Source: Zygophlyctis sp. KS116 | Taxonomy: Eukaryota; Fungi; Chytridiomycota | DNA: 21,901 bases | NCBI GenBank assembly: GCA_054661495.1 | Contig: BAAFSQ010000169.1 | Coordinates: forward strand, 1-21,901 | Direction of reading: 5' to 3' | Shown: positions 8,401 through 21,118 of the stretch, in pieces | How the letters are laid out: the number at the start of each line of letters is the position of its first letter | How positions within the stretch are numbered: position 1 is the first letter of the stretch | Made by a program: the position numbers and the translations under genes | The notes under the pieces: model-generated | The model's database searches: none | Told to the model about the DNA's origin: nothing | What the model saw: only the letters and a program-made list of their open reading frames with translations

Positions 8401-11400
8401 ATTGAGAACGGCATCTATACTTTCTCCCAAGTCTTCAATTAGAACAGTATCACCAGAAGAAACTGCTTTTTCTATCGCATCCAAATAGCCTCTAGCTCCT
8501 AATCTAACAATCTTAAGTGTAGAACCCTCTCTATTTTTGATCCAGGTTACACCTTGTAATTGAGGATCGATTATAAGTGGCCATCTTTTACAACTAGTGA
8601 CCATTGTAGCATTTTCTAAAGAAACTCGATCATTCGGCAAACCCTCATTATTCCATTTCGCAACTTCGGCGCTATTAGTAAGCATATTAAGAGGATCGAC
8701 ATCTGCAGATAACGGAATTTTAAATTCATTATCAGCAGCTCTTAAATATTTTAACCAACTATCATGCAATAACTCCTCCCTATATTTTTTGCTAAAACAG
8801 CCAACATAGGAAACAAAAGCTGCAGAGACAAGTACATCCCCTGGAAGAGTTTTCTCCTGTTCTTTAAATTTCGCTACGGCTTCACTCCAACGAACTTTCT
8901 CCGAAGCAAGCCCGCCTACCAATCGATTAGCAAGTAGAATCGTATTCTGAGTAGCGATAGCTTCTTCTTCACAACGCAGCTTATCAGCCGTAGCCTTTTC
9001 AAACTTTGCACGTAGATCAGCCAAGTTGGCGTCGAGCTCTGCGATTCTGTTTTGAACACCTTGAAGTTTTACTTGAGATTCTGCAAGCATCTGATTTGCC
9101 TCTCCTAAAGCTTTTCTTTTCGGCTCAACATCACAGAAAACATAATAAAACCTTACAATGTTGACTACCCAAGAACATAATCCAGCGGCAGCTGCTGACT
9201 TTGATCTTATGAATTCTTCATTGAAATTGGGATCTTCCAAATATGGCTTTAACGCCTCAAGATTGGATCGATCAATATTTTCCTTGTCAAAGTTAATCAA
9301 GGAATCCAGAAAACTGTCCACCTTAGCCATCATATTTTTGGTGGCTTTCCAGCTTCGATCTTTGGCAATTTTTCCAGCAGGACTGAGTAAAACCATGACA
9401 GCAGAACCCACATTCTTGACATCATCGGAAGGGGAGCCAAAAGATTTCAATTCTGTCAAATTTGCCTTGTTAAGAGTATTGAGAGCAGCCTGAGCAGCAG
9501 CGAGCGCAGGTTCAGCAGCAGATAGATCCCTCTCACAAGATTCGCGTTTGATGCTAACTTCTTTGGTGATCGCATCAACTTTTTTCTCCTCTTCGGATGC
9601 TAGAGCCTTCTCTTTATTTACCTTTTCAGTGTCTACTGCTACTCTTTCAATAAGACGGTTAGCCTCTTCATTCTTAGATTTCAATTCAACTTCTTGTGTT
9701 GCTAGCTTTGCTTTTAGATCATCTACCTGAGAAGCAGTGGAGGACAGCTTAGTTAAACCATTCTCGAGACGATCCGTACTTTTAGTTAACTCCAGGGCTT
9801 TTTTCTCCAGTAAAACTTGATACAGTGATATAAAGGCTAAGAACGATTTTGGAGTTGTATAATTATAACGTCTTTCATTAAGTAAGAATTTACGAGACAT
9901 TTCATTCACACTTTGATGAGAAAACGCCATAAACTTTGAGACAGCGAATTTGATATCTTCTCCGACCAGATCAAAAGAAGATATAAAACGACTGGCAACA
10001 GATACAAGTGCTTCTTCAGGCCATTCTTGGAACCAATCAATCATGGTATTATTAACAATAGCCGGGAATTTTCGGCACCTGGAACGAAGTGTATTACCTA
10101 CAGGCGAAAAACATAACACAACTTTTAAGTTTCTACGGACAGTCCGTATAAATAGATCCCAGCATACTTCTTTGGTGTCTTGATAACCCAAAGCTTTTGC
10201 TTCATTTCTCATCGAATTCACAATTCCATCTACTTCATCGTCTGGGAAGAGACCAGGTATATTCCCTGACGCCAACAGATCATTAATCAAGACGAGGAAC
10301 TTTTCATCGGTAATGTGAGCGTCTGTTACCATAAACATAACGGATTGTTTCTTTTGACCCGACTTGATAAAAAGAGACGCTAAATCAGTTTTCAAGTCAT
10401 TCATTGAATATCCCTTGCGTAGGGTAATCTGGAAAACTTCCATTTGAGAAACAAAAGCAGCAAGTCTTGATAAAGATTGTTTACCAGAGCCTCCAACGCC
10501 AACTAGGAGAGCATTTCCTCTTGGAGATTCAAGAATCCGATTGATTCTACAAATGTGGCTCAAAGCATCTTCAAATAATACTAAATTCATTGCTGGAAGA
10601 ACTTCCTCGTATTGCATCTGGGCCTCATCAAGCAATTTTCGTAGCTGATTCCATTCCTTCACTTGACCATATTTAGGCTCGCCCAACCCCCAAGCAAAAT
10701 GAGTAAAAATCATGGGATCCGCCCGAAGTGAAGACTGATCCAATTCTTCAAATGATTTGTAAATAATCTCTTCCTGAAGTTTTCTTAGCTGTTGCCTGTC
10801 AGTTTCATCAATCATTTTGTCTGCGTAAGTGCGAGATGTTTCATGAAAGAACAGGCGAATAAATTCTACTGGGTCCTTGTTCCTTTCTTTCGAGGAAAAT
10901 AGAACACCCTGGAAAATATTACTTAAATCTCTTAAATTAAAAATATAATGGAAGCGGACAGCAGAAGGAAGGAAAGTGGCCGAAACTTTTTTATGTAGCT
11001 GAAGAGCAGCCAGAACAATACGTTCGCCAAGCTTTTGGATGCCAGTTGGAAAAGATTGCAGATGCCCACTTAATATTTGCAAATATATTCCTTGTAAAGC
11101 TTCTGGTCCAGGAAAGTTGACTGCAAAAGATGCGAAATGTCTCTGTAGTCTAGGGTCGATTGTAAATGATCCTGAGGTCGGATTCATGCAAGCAACATAT
11201 TGACAGTTATGGATTTCTTTCAGAGTCAACTTTTGCCGGTCATACCAGTGTTTATAATCCAAATGCTGTCTTAAAAGGGTATGTGGTGACGCAGTGCCGT
11301 ACTTGTCTACTTCTGGCATATTCAGATCATCTAGGAAATATATCAACTTTCTGCTGCCTGGTGGGCCATAATTTCTACCAGCTTTCTTTTCGAGGGGTTT

Positions 11401-14400
11401 CTCTAAAACAGGCTGGAGAGACCAAGCAGTGGTATAGAAATTAAAGGGGATATTCACAATCATACGATCCTCTCCATAGCTTCCAAGCTTGTCTTGCATT
11501 AACACTGTTTTCCCACAACCTGCAGTACCTATAAGCAAAACAGGTTTTTGATTATCGGCAAGTAGATTCAAGAAATATCTAATTCGGGTGGTTTCAGTCG
11601 TTGGTACAAGCACCGCCTGTAGAGGCATTTCTGGATCAAACTGGTATTTTGGTACAAGATCTGTCCAAGGTAGAAAGCGCTTTGTCTCATTATCCAAATA
11701 ATAATCAAATACAGTACCCGTCGCGGGAAATTTAACTGTTTTGAACTCTCCATTCCACCACTTGCTGAATTCATTCCTGTAGTCTACAAGCTGATCTTGG
11801 AAAACACAGCCACCAAAAGCCCATACAGACGCAAATGCAAAATAAACTTCAAACCAATCTTTATCACAACCTTTTGGGGTATTTTGAGGAGTAAGAAGGG
11901 CTTCGAGGATGTTGCATAATGTCATAACCATGGAAAATTCTTCTACAACGGCCATCTTGAAACGACCAGAACGAAGAACATCAAGGCAAGGATTTACATA
12001 TCGATCAAATAAAACGCTTAAACTTGACTTTTCAGAAGTATCATCCCTCTTGTCTAACCAAGATTGTACATAAGGATTCCATCCCAAATCAGAGCTATTT
12101 AAAAAGAGAATACCAGCACGTGAAACAGTCGCTGGTGTGGCATATTTAAGATTTCCGATTTCAAATATCAAACGCATATGGTTTTTCAGTGGAATTCGCT
12201 CGTTACTTGCCAGCGTAAGCATTTTGTTGTCATCCATAACAGTATTCAGACTTTCAATCCAATTAGGATCGATATCACCATCTAATATAATCCACTTTGG
12301 GTCAGTTCCTGGAAGGGACGCCGTCTCACGCATAATTGACGAAAACAGACCATCCTTCCACTCACGAGTAGATGGATTAATACAGCCAAAAAGATCATCA
12401 GTATTTACAGCTTTTGGATTTAGGTCAGTAGTAACACATTTTTTGCCATTATTAATGTAAGAACGAGCCAGCATCTTCCACACTTGACTTTTTCCAGAAC
12501 CAGCATTACCTAGAATAAAGACACAATGACGAACAGCTAAGAGCTCTTCTAACTGAACAACTTTTAATACGAATATATCTTCAGCCTGTAAACCACTCTC
12601 TGTGGAAGCTTTCCTTATATCTTCCTCAAGCTTTTCATTTCTTTTTCTAAGAACTTCAATCTTGGGGAATAAATCACCAATTAATCCCTGGAAAACTTGT
12701 AAATCATCAGAGACAATTTTCGGCAGATTAAAATCACGCAGTGCACGCATCAATACATGCTCTTCTGGAACATTAGGATCGGATCTTTTCAAAGATCCAG
12801 CCACAACTAAAACTGATTTAATAGCCCGTAGCCCCCAATCATAGTGGTCTTGTTTAGATAGCAGTTCCTTGTTAAGTTTATAGAGGGTGTGGAACTTTCT
12901 TGCCAATAAACTCGCTTCAATAAATCCTTCGGCCATTAACATGATTTCACAAATAAGCTCTAAATTGGGAACAACCATAGAACAGGGTCTAAATAAGGCC
13001 TTAATATTTTCGGGAAGTTCAGTTCGACCAGCATATCCTGGATTCATAGTGATGAATATACCGACTGTCCTCGTAATACTAATTTCTTCTCCTTGGAAAA
13101 TGAACCTTTTCTTTTTGGCTCTTAATGCATCTTGAATAGATTTAACTTGTGTCTAAAATTAGCTAAATGGAACAGTACCGCGACAACAGAAAGAACTTCT
13201 ACCGCAATTCGGTTGAACTCATCAAAACAACCCCAAGTACCAGACTGAGCAAGTCCCTTGAAGATGTTACCGATTGATTTGTAGTCCATTTGTTCTGAAC
13301 AGTTGAATACATACACCATTATCGCTAAAGCTTTGCCTAAATCTTTGACTGTTTCAGTTTTCCCAGTTCCAGCCGGGCCAGCAGGTGCACCTCCCATTAT
13401 CAAATGTAAAGATTGAGTGAGAGTAATATAACAACGATCTGTAAGTGCTGTAATTACCAAACGGGGAGTGTTTCCGAGGTATTCATAGTTGTATCTTAGA
13501 CAAGCGTCACAAATATTCGTAAAACAATCCATCTGATCAATATCATCCCATCTAAGTCTAAGCTGAGACTGCCAAGTAAAGCATTGGGCGTTTTCGGCCT
13601 TTTCTGCAATGAGCTTCCCAACCATATCACGCGAATGAACATCTAACGTGCACACAGTCATGATCATTTGACGATCATTTCTTGTTAATTCTCCTTGAAT
13701 CAAGCCTACTAAGGCTGTTAATTGAGAAACGAGTTTCTTGTAGTAATCTTTCATAGCATTTTCATAGCCTTCTTCTAATCTACCAAATGCAGCATTGACC
13801 TCAGTTGTCCACCAAATCTGAGTTCCTGCTAAGGTTATTTGAGCGGGGTGGTCAAATATCCATTGCTCCCGGGGTTTTTCCTCATAAGCTGACACAGCTT
13901 CACCCATTAGTCTCTTTAGTGTAGCCCGCATAGAATCAATAATACGATTCAGCCATACCTCAACTGGACCAGTACATTCGCAATCATTAATGAATGGAAC
14001 ATACTCATCTTGAAGTGAATACATTCCAATGGCTGTTTTGGTAACCTCCCCAGAAGGCCCCTTTTTAAATTCTAGTCTGGCCAAATTATCAAAAAGCTTT
14101 GGTAAATGTACAGCGACCTCCTGAGGATTATTTCCTTTGGCTAAGATATCAAGAAGATCTGACGCAGAAACGAAATAAAATCTAGGGAAAGCAAGCCTTT
14201 TGGTTTCAAGGTATTCTGCCAGAGACTTTTCACATAACGCTAACTGTCCCTGCAGACTTTCAAGTTTTTCAAACAGACCTTCTTTCATACAAACTTCCAC
14301 ACAGTTTGGAGTTTTTGATGCCTCATTCATAATTATCTTATAATCTGCATCGATTTTATCAAATCGTCTAGAATCTTCGGGCAACTGAGCTCTAATATCT

Positions 14401-17400
14401 TCAGAGCCCATGAAAATGTTCTCCAGCGACGACCATGTCTGCTGTACTTCCAGCCACAGAGTAATTACTGAATCCACAGTGGACAATATATTTTGCCATT
14501 TTGTGATTTGCACTTCAAAATGCGCAACAAATTTAGAAGACATCATATTTTGAAGCATCACTTGATTATCTTCCAATGTTTCGATTAATTCCTCAGAACT
14601 TCTCAAAAGAGGCGTCTTAGTAGATTCATGAATTTCATACGTAAATTCCATGGATCCCCAAGTCTTAGATAAATCATTTAACACCTTCTCCATAGAAAGT
14701 TCTTTGGTGGCTTTATCTACAATATTCTTCACATCATCTTCATATTTATGCAGTTGAAGACTAAGAAGATCTTGAAATTTCATGTCTTTTGTGAGAACAA
14801 AGGTGACTCCAGTTGTTTTCATGAGCTGCTTCCAGTGACGATCCCTGATCGCATCGCTTTTCAGTTCTCCTACTGCCCTTAAGCTTGTAATCATATCTTT
14901 GACCATTTGATCAAGCCCGGTAAATACATCCCAACCTTTAATTTCTTTATCCATTTTACGCAATTCCTTCGCAAGGTCTCTACAACGATTTTCCGTTGCA
15001 TCAGTATCAATCTCATTCCAAAGTGTATCTTTCCATTCTTGGAACATGGAACTAACGAGGCCAACAACATCCCAAACGCTTTTAAGCATTCCAACGTCTC
15101 TTCTACAGTCTTGCAATTGCCTATAAGTCGGAACGTTGAGTTCAAATAGTTCACAGGAAGTTTTAAGGGCGGCTGCATCAGTCTCCATTGCTAAAACTTC
15201 AGTATGAGAGCTATCAATCAAAGGATAGGCCGCCACTGAGCCAACATCAAATTTAAACGGTGCTTTTCTCCTGAATTCTTCGCGGAAATTATGATTCCGC
15301 ATTTCGAACCTATTGCATTTTTGTTGAAGAACATCAACTTCTTTAGCTTGTAGCGGCGCCACAGAATCCTTTATGGAAACAGATAGTTTCTTAACTTCAG
15401 ACCACTCCTCTGGAAGATCATTTAAGAGCTTGTGAACATCATCAGCAACTTCAACTCCGAACTGGCGAAGTAAATTAATAGTCTTCCTGAGCGGCTCAAA
15501 AAGACTATCAATGGCAGTTGATCTTAATTTAATTGCATGAAGCAGACCCATCGCTCCAACAAGAGCGGCATAATCACCTTCCTCGATCTTGCCAATAAGA
15601 CCTTTTTTATTCATCTTGACAAACCGATTAAGTTCATAAAGGCTAGAAACAACATCATCGGAGAGATGTTTAGTTAAGGTGTAACTCCATTTCTTTACTA
15701 CAACATTCAGGGATTGCTTGAGCGGCTTAGCATCAATGCGGAACCAGCCTTGTAGGATGACATCCGGATCAATAGCCATAATCGTTTTATGAATACCTTC
15801 AAATTTCCTGATTTCAGCTTCAAACTTTTCTAGCTGAATAGTCTGATTTTGTGCTTGTTCAGGCCTAGCTTCCAAATCTTCGGTATCTTTGGAGGAAGAA
15901 ACAAAATTCTGCATATATGTTTGGCGATTTTCCTGTTGCATAAAAAAAATAAAAATACCGTCCACAAATATGCATACTGATCATAGCCTTCTTTGTAAGA
16001 AGTTGCCTTTTCAATTATTATATTGGCTCTTTCCAAAACCAAATCGCGAAGTTTGGTTAATGATTCGGCCGCTTTCATTTCTCCAATATATGTCTCGTTT
16101 GAATCGTCATGTGCAGTAAGGATATGCTTACTTTGATTGGCATCAGAGTTGGAATCAGTAGGTGTCTCTTCTGCCGGAGTAGACGGTTGAACTGGGGGGA
16201 TTTCAATATTCTTGGGAGATATCCGCTGCACTAAAGACGAGATATGATAAATATCATCAACGAAATCTTGCACAATGGAAAGCAAATTTCCCGGGGCATT
16301 TTCATCCATGCTAGGACTAAATTGAAGCTGTTCATTCTCAAGCTCCAACTTTGATTCTAGAAGAGGATTAGAATCGCCATTTTTAGACGGCTCCATATTA
16401 GCGACCAAATACTCTAAACTTGTCTGAATCGCAACATTGTAGCCCTTCGAGACTATCTTGTCCGCATAATCCCTATAATTGACCCATTTGTCATATGAAT
16501 CTTCAGCATTTACTAGCTCTTGTGTCTGTTTCAGGAGCCCATGAATAACTTGACCATCTCGTCTGATGGATTCGAATATGGCATTGACCTTGGATTCCTT
16601 CTCATCGATACTGAGACATTTCTTTGGATCTTTTCGTTCTATCAAAGGAGCTGCGGACCAACCTTTCAAAATTTTCTGGATTTGCCCGATATTATTCTTC
16701 ATGACCTGAAGAGTAGACGATAACTCTCCAACGCTTCCCCCAATTAAAGAAATATAATCATCAACACCATCAGATTTCCATGTAAGGGTTTTGAGGGCCT
16801 GTTCTATTTGAGAATCGATCTCGTTAATTTTGTTTTCAATCAAAGGCCTTTCAACTTCCAACACTCCAGTTCGAATATTATTATACTGTCGTGTAATATG
16901 ATCTAATGAAAAAATATACTTTCTAAATGTTTCTGATTTTGAATATATATTTGCAGCAGTAGGAGGAGGAGTAACGCTTAGAGCGCCAAGATATTTAACT
17001 TCTCGTAATAAAGCTACAACTTTAGGATCAAAGTTAACTTTTAAAAGATCGTTTTCACGGACTAAAAGTGGCTTGTTTAAATTAGCTTCAGATTCGTCTA
17101 CAATATTTACTGACCAAGAGTTAAATAGATTTGACTCATAGTCTTCCAACGATGCCATTATCATTTCATATTTTTTAATGACTAGTTCAGCCTCTTCTGT
17201 AGCCATAATACTATGATTTAACTAGAATAAATTAAGAGAAAATTACCCCTTTCAGCTTTTCCATATATTTTGAAATTCTCTCTTTAAGCTCGTGAATCCA
17301 AGCTATCGCTCCAGTAAGCGGTGCCATGTTGTAGTGGATAGGAGGACAGTCTTTGAATGCTTTAAATATTTTCTGTGCATCATCTAAATCTTTCGAAAAC

Positions 17401-19176
17401 ATATTGAGAATTTGGTAATATTTCCTTTCGAAATCACGTTGAATATTGCTACGATATAATAAGCCAGAAAAGGATTCCAATAGTCTAAAGCAAGAGCTGA
17501 GACCAGAACAATCGTCAAAGCTCTGGCAAAGAATAGTACTAAATTATAAAATTAATAGAGTCATACCCTATTCGACGATCTAAATCAGAAATCTTAGATT
17601 GAAACTTGGAGGATTCATCTTGTAAACTTTCCGAATTAAAATCTAATAAGTCTAATTTAAGCTTCGAAAATCCAGCATATGTTGTTGTAAATTCTGTATA
17701 TATTTCAACAATATGGGAACTCAGAATTTTGCCCTGAAAATGAGAAAAACAACAATACCTTGGTGCCACCGATTTCAATCTTTTCCAGCTTATTAAATTC
17801 AATAATCGTATTGAAGAGACGTAAGGTTTCTTCAGCTTTAGCCAGGAATTTATCAAATCGACCAAAAATAATTTTACCCTCAAATTTCCAGGGGCGTTTA
17901 GAATCAGCCAAACTATGCTTAATTTCCATATACGAATTCTTGAATGCCTCACAAACACGAATAGCAGATTGAATCCTTTCTGCCGCCTCTTCTGCTTCCG
18001 TTCCAAACAAATCAGATGGCTGAATAATGCTTCGTGCTTGTTCGATAACATCATTACAGATTTCTCTTAATGCAATCGACATTCGATTGGGGGTATTATA
18101 ATATTTAGAGCACTGCCATATAAGCTTTAAAGTATGCATTAAAACTGGGAAAATTTGGCACAGCTCTGCAGGCTCAGAAGTTCCTACCAGTCTTTCTACG
18201 ATTGGTTTGAGGGGCTTCAAATAGGTATTTATATCAGTCGCTTCCTCAAGTGCTAATAATTAACAATAACTTCAAAATACCATTATGCACTTCATCAAAT
18301 ATAGCCTTAAAAGCAGGATAGTATGTACTTTTAGAAGCTTGAAGCACCTTTGAGATTTTCTGAATTTTTTCATCAGTCAATTGCTGATGAATAGACTTTA
18401 AATTAGCATATTTAGCAGTCCAGAAATCGATTTCAACGATAGGACCTGGATTTAAACCTTCTTCTAACGGAGCTGCTGAATCAGATTTAATAATATCCTT
18501 AATTTGATGCGTCCAATCAATAACTGCCGTTTCCAAGGTATGAAGAATTGTTTTATCTTCTTCATTTGCTGATTTAGAACTGTGTGGAAGAGGTAACATT
18601 GTTTTCCCCTAACAAATAAAATAGAAGCTTTTACCTTTGACTTTCCAGAGATAACATACACCGCTCCGTGTAAATGGTGGAAATGACGCAATACATCATT
18701 AGCAACCACTTCAGGCCACTTTTCCAAATTTTTATTGTTTGAAAGTAGCGGCAAGTAAACTTCTTCGAGGACTGTACTTAAAAACTCGAGAGGATTAGCA
18801 CCCAAGTCCCCAGTCATCAAATCATTATCCATTGTCTTATCGTTCAATGGTCCTGCATCTGGATTCTTCTTCATAAAATATACAGATTTTCTTTTGAGTT
18901 GATTAGGAAATTTGACAGCCGGTACAACATCTTCTTTTGAATTTAAATAAAATAATATAGTATTGCATGGTTTATCAAGGAATGAAACAAGAACTTCACT
19001 ATCGCGTTAAGAAACGGAAATTACAGATTCTCTTGAGCTGCCGTCATTTTCTTCCATTTATCATTTTTAACCTTTAATGCAGCACAAACTTTCTCTTCAA
19101 ACCAATTTATCCTTGCATCAATTTGAATTAAAACTGCTTGAGTTTCCTCTCCATCCTTTTTATCATCATCAGGCAT
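5456..19176 (-). CDS. DNAH17: Axonemal outer-arm dynein heavy chain, beta type (DNAH9/11/17 class), complete, ~4485 aa, 11 exons
   Basis: Exons 19176-19025, 18998-18635, 18608-18281, 18252-17759, 17733-17567, 17538-17247, 17221-15959, 15932-13179, 13152-8285, 8258-8096, 8068-5456. Ten introns of 26, 26, 28, 25, 28, 25, 26, 26, 26 and 27 nt; spliced length 13458 nt = 4486 codons. P-loops [24 protein letters not shown] and GVGGSGKQ, plus [21 protein letters not shown], the stalk/microtubule-binding region, [14 protein letters not shown] and the C-terminal [27 protein letters not shown] typical of the beta class. The symbol denotes the class, not 1:1 orthology. Confidence 0.96.
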
Positions 19177-19424
19177 TTAGGATGTTTTTGAAAACGCGTA
19201 CCTGACGTCACTCTCTCTTGTGTCCGAGGCACGGATCAGAGGAATCGTGAATTCAAGCAGCATTACATTGATCAGATATGATATTTTCCAGAGAATGGGA
19301 TTTTAAAGCAGTACATTTTTCTTGTAAGCATGTCTCAGCAGTTAAATTTTTTTTGGTAAAAATCTTGTCAAAACGGAAAAAGTTGAAACTTGTTGCCTAA
19401 ACCAGTTTATTTTCTTTAATAATA
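19177..19424. promoter_or_regulatory. 248-bp divergent promoter region between dynein and PARN, with ACGCGT (MCB-like, 19194-19199), TGACGTCA (CRE palindrome, 19203-19210) and a GTTGCC RFX half-site (19392-19397)
   Basis: Head-to-head ATGs at 19176 (-) and 19425 (+). The motifs are read directly; function is inferred from known consensus sequences. Confidence 0.5.
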
Positions 19425-21094
19425 ATGTTGATCAAAAGAAAATCATTTGTTACCGATCTTCCTAAAATGATCCATGCGATCAATGAATCAGATTTCTTAT
19501 CGATAGATGCAGAAATGTCTGGTCTTGGGCCGAATATTGATTACATTGACAATCTTCAGTCTCGTTATGAGAAATTAAAGATTGCTGCCACCGATTATCA
19601 GCTTTTGCAGTATGGGATCTGCGCTTTTAAGTGGGATCCTTTGAAAGGAATCTATCAGGCTCAGCCGTTTTATGCTTTTCTATTTCCAAACAGTAGAAAT
19701 CATTTTAAGAGTTCGCCGTCATCTTTGGCATTCCTTAGAAAATTCAATTTTGATTTTAACAGTTGGATCGATCATGGTTTGCCTTATCTTTGTAATCATG
19801 AAATTAATGCAAAAAGGGCAAAGATCAATAATATTGTCTATCAGAAAATAGTTCTCAATGAAAAGGATACAGAATGGTTTGCTCTAAAAATGAAGGAAAT
19901 CAATGATTGGCTTCAACACTCTAGTGATAAAACTTTAATTCTAAATGGCGTGAATTCTTATCAAAGAAGAATATTGTATCAAAGTGTACCTGAAGAGACA
20001 AACGGACATGTGGCGGTAGAAGGAGGCCCTGATCATAATTCTATATGCTTTAAAAAACTTAAAGATGAAGAGATTGTTTCAGTAAATGAAATTCAAAGGA
20101 ATAAAAGTTTAAAAGAATTAGAGTCAAATATTGGTTTCTATAAAGTAATAGAGGCAATCGTTAATTCTAAAAAACCAGTTATTGTAAGCATATAAAGATT
20201 GATTATAGGGTCATAATTGCTATTTGGATCTTTGTCATACTTTTAATTCATTCTTTGAACCCCTTCCAAGTACTGTGAATGAATTCAAGGATAAACTGTC
20301 GGCAAATTTACCATTGTATATTATCTGATTAAATATTTAGATTATTTGATACTAAACTGATTGCTGGATCTTTCTCTGAACTACAAAACATACTTACACA
20401 GACTGCACTTGGTGACATCTATGCTACTGTGAAAAAAGAACCATTTCAGTTTCCGATTGTTGGTATGTAAAATTGATTTCATTCCTCTAGAAATAGATCG
20501 GGACTTTCAAAGCTTTGAGGAAAATGATAAGTTATTACATTCGGCTGGTTATGATGCTTTCATGACTGGGGTGATATTCATTAAAATGTTTGGTGTGGTT
20601 ATGAAATGCTCAAAAGGCTCTCCATTAAATTTAGATGACAATTCTGTCAAATCTTGTCTAAATAAGTTATATTTGATGCGTTCAGATATTCCTCATTTCA
20701 AAACTGATGCAGATCAGGAGATGCCAAGTCGTGATCATATATTCAGAATATATGAATTTCCAAAGGTAAACATTGATTTTTTAACGAAATATAGGAATGG
20801 AAGACAGAAGATATCATCGAATCATTTAAAAATGTATCACAGGTTACTGTGAAGTGGATTAATGATGCAAGCGCTTTGGTTGTACTAAAGGATTCTTCAA
20901 AATCCACGGACATACTTAATTGGTGCACGGCTAAAAAGAAAAAGAAGCGACCTTTTTGCGTGGAAACGTATATGGAATATTATAAGAGGGATTTAAATAT
21001 AGCGCCCTTGATGAAGCGAAAATTACCAGATGTAGATGACAGAGAAGATACTAAAAAGACAAAACGGACCGTGCAAGAATGTACCATTTCGTAA
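19425..21094 (+). CDS. PARN: Poly(A)-specific ribonuclease PARN-like protein (CAF1 nuclease + R3H + RRM), 520 aa, 5 exons, C-terminal CaaX
   Basis: Exons 19425-20183, 20209-20315, 20341-20462, 20491-20765, 20795-21094. Introns of 25, 25, 28 and 29 nt; spliced length 1563 nt. Motifs: SIDAEMSGL, FDFNSWIDHGLPYL, R3H-like NSYQRRILYQ, PVI|GHNCYLDL, LFDTKL, HSAGYDAFMTG, NKLYLMRSDIP and the PARN RRM FPK|EWKTEDI..VKWINDASALV. Ends KKTKRTVQECTIS*. Confidence 0.92.
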
Positions 21095-21118
21095 AACATC
21101 AAAACTGTGTTTTTTGGA

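Noticed and set aside
6030-17972. Numerous 60-170 aa plus-strand and alternative-frame ORFs within the dynein gene
   Set aside because: They are antisense or out-of-frame shadows of a long conserved CDS with no recognisable motifs. Parts of some minus-strand ORFs are simply exons plus intron read-through.
5456-19176. Reading the split dynein, PARN, TOE1 and stomatin ORFs as pseudogenes, programmed frameshifts or an alternative genetic code
   Set aside because: Each break is bounded by GT..AG, and its removal restores conserved motifs and a length divisible by three. TAA, TAG and TGA all act as stops, so this is not a ciliate code.
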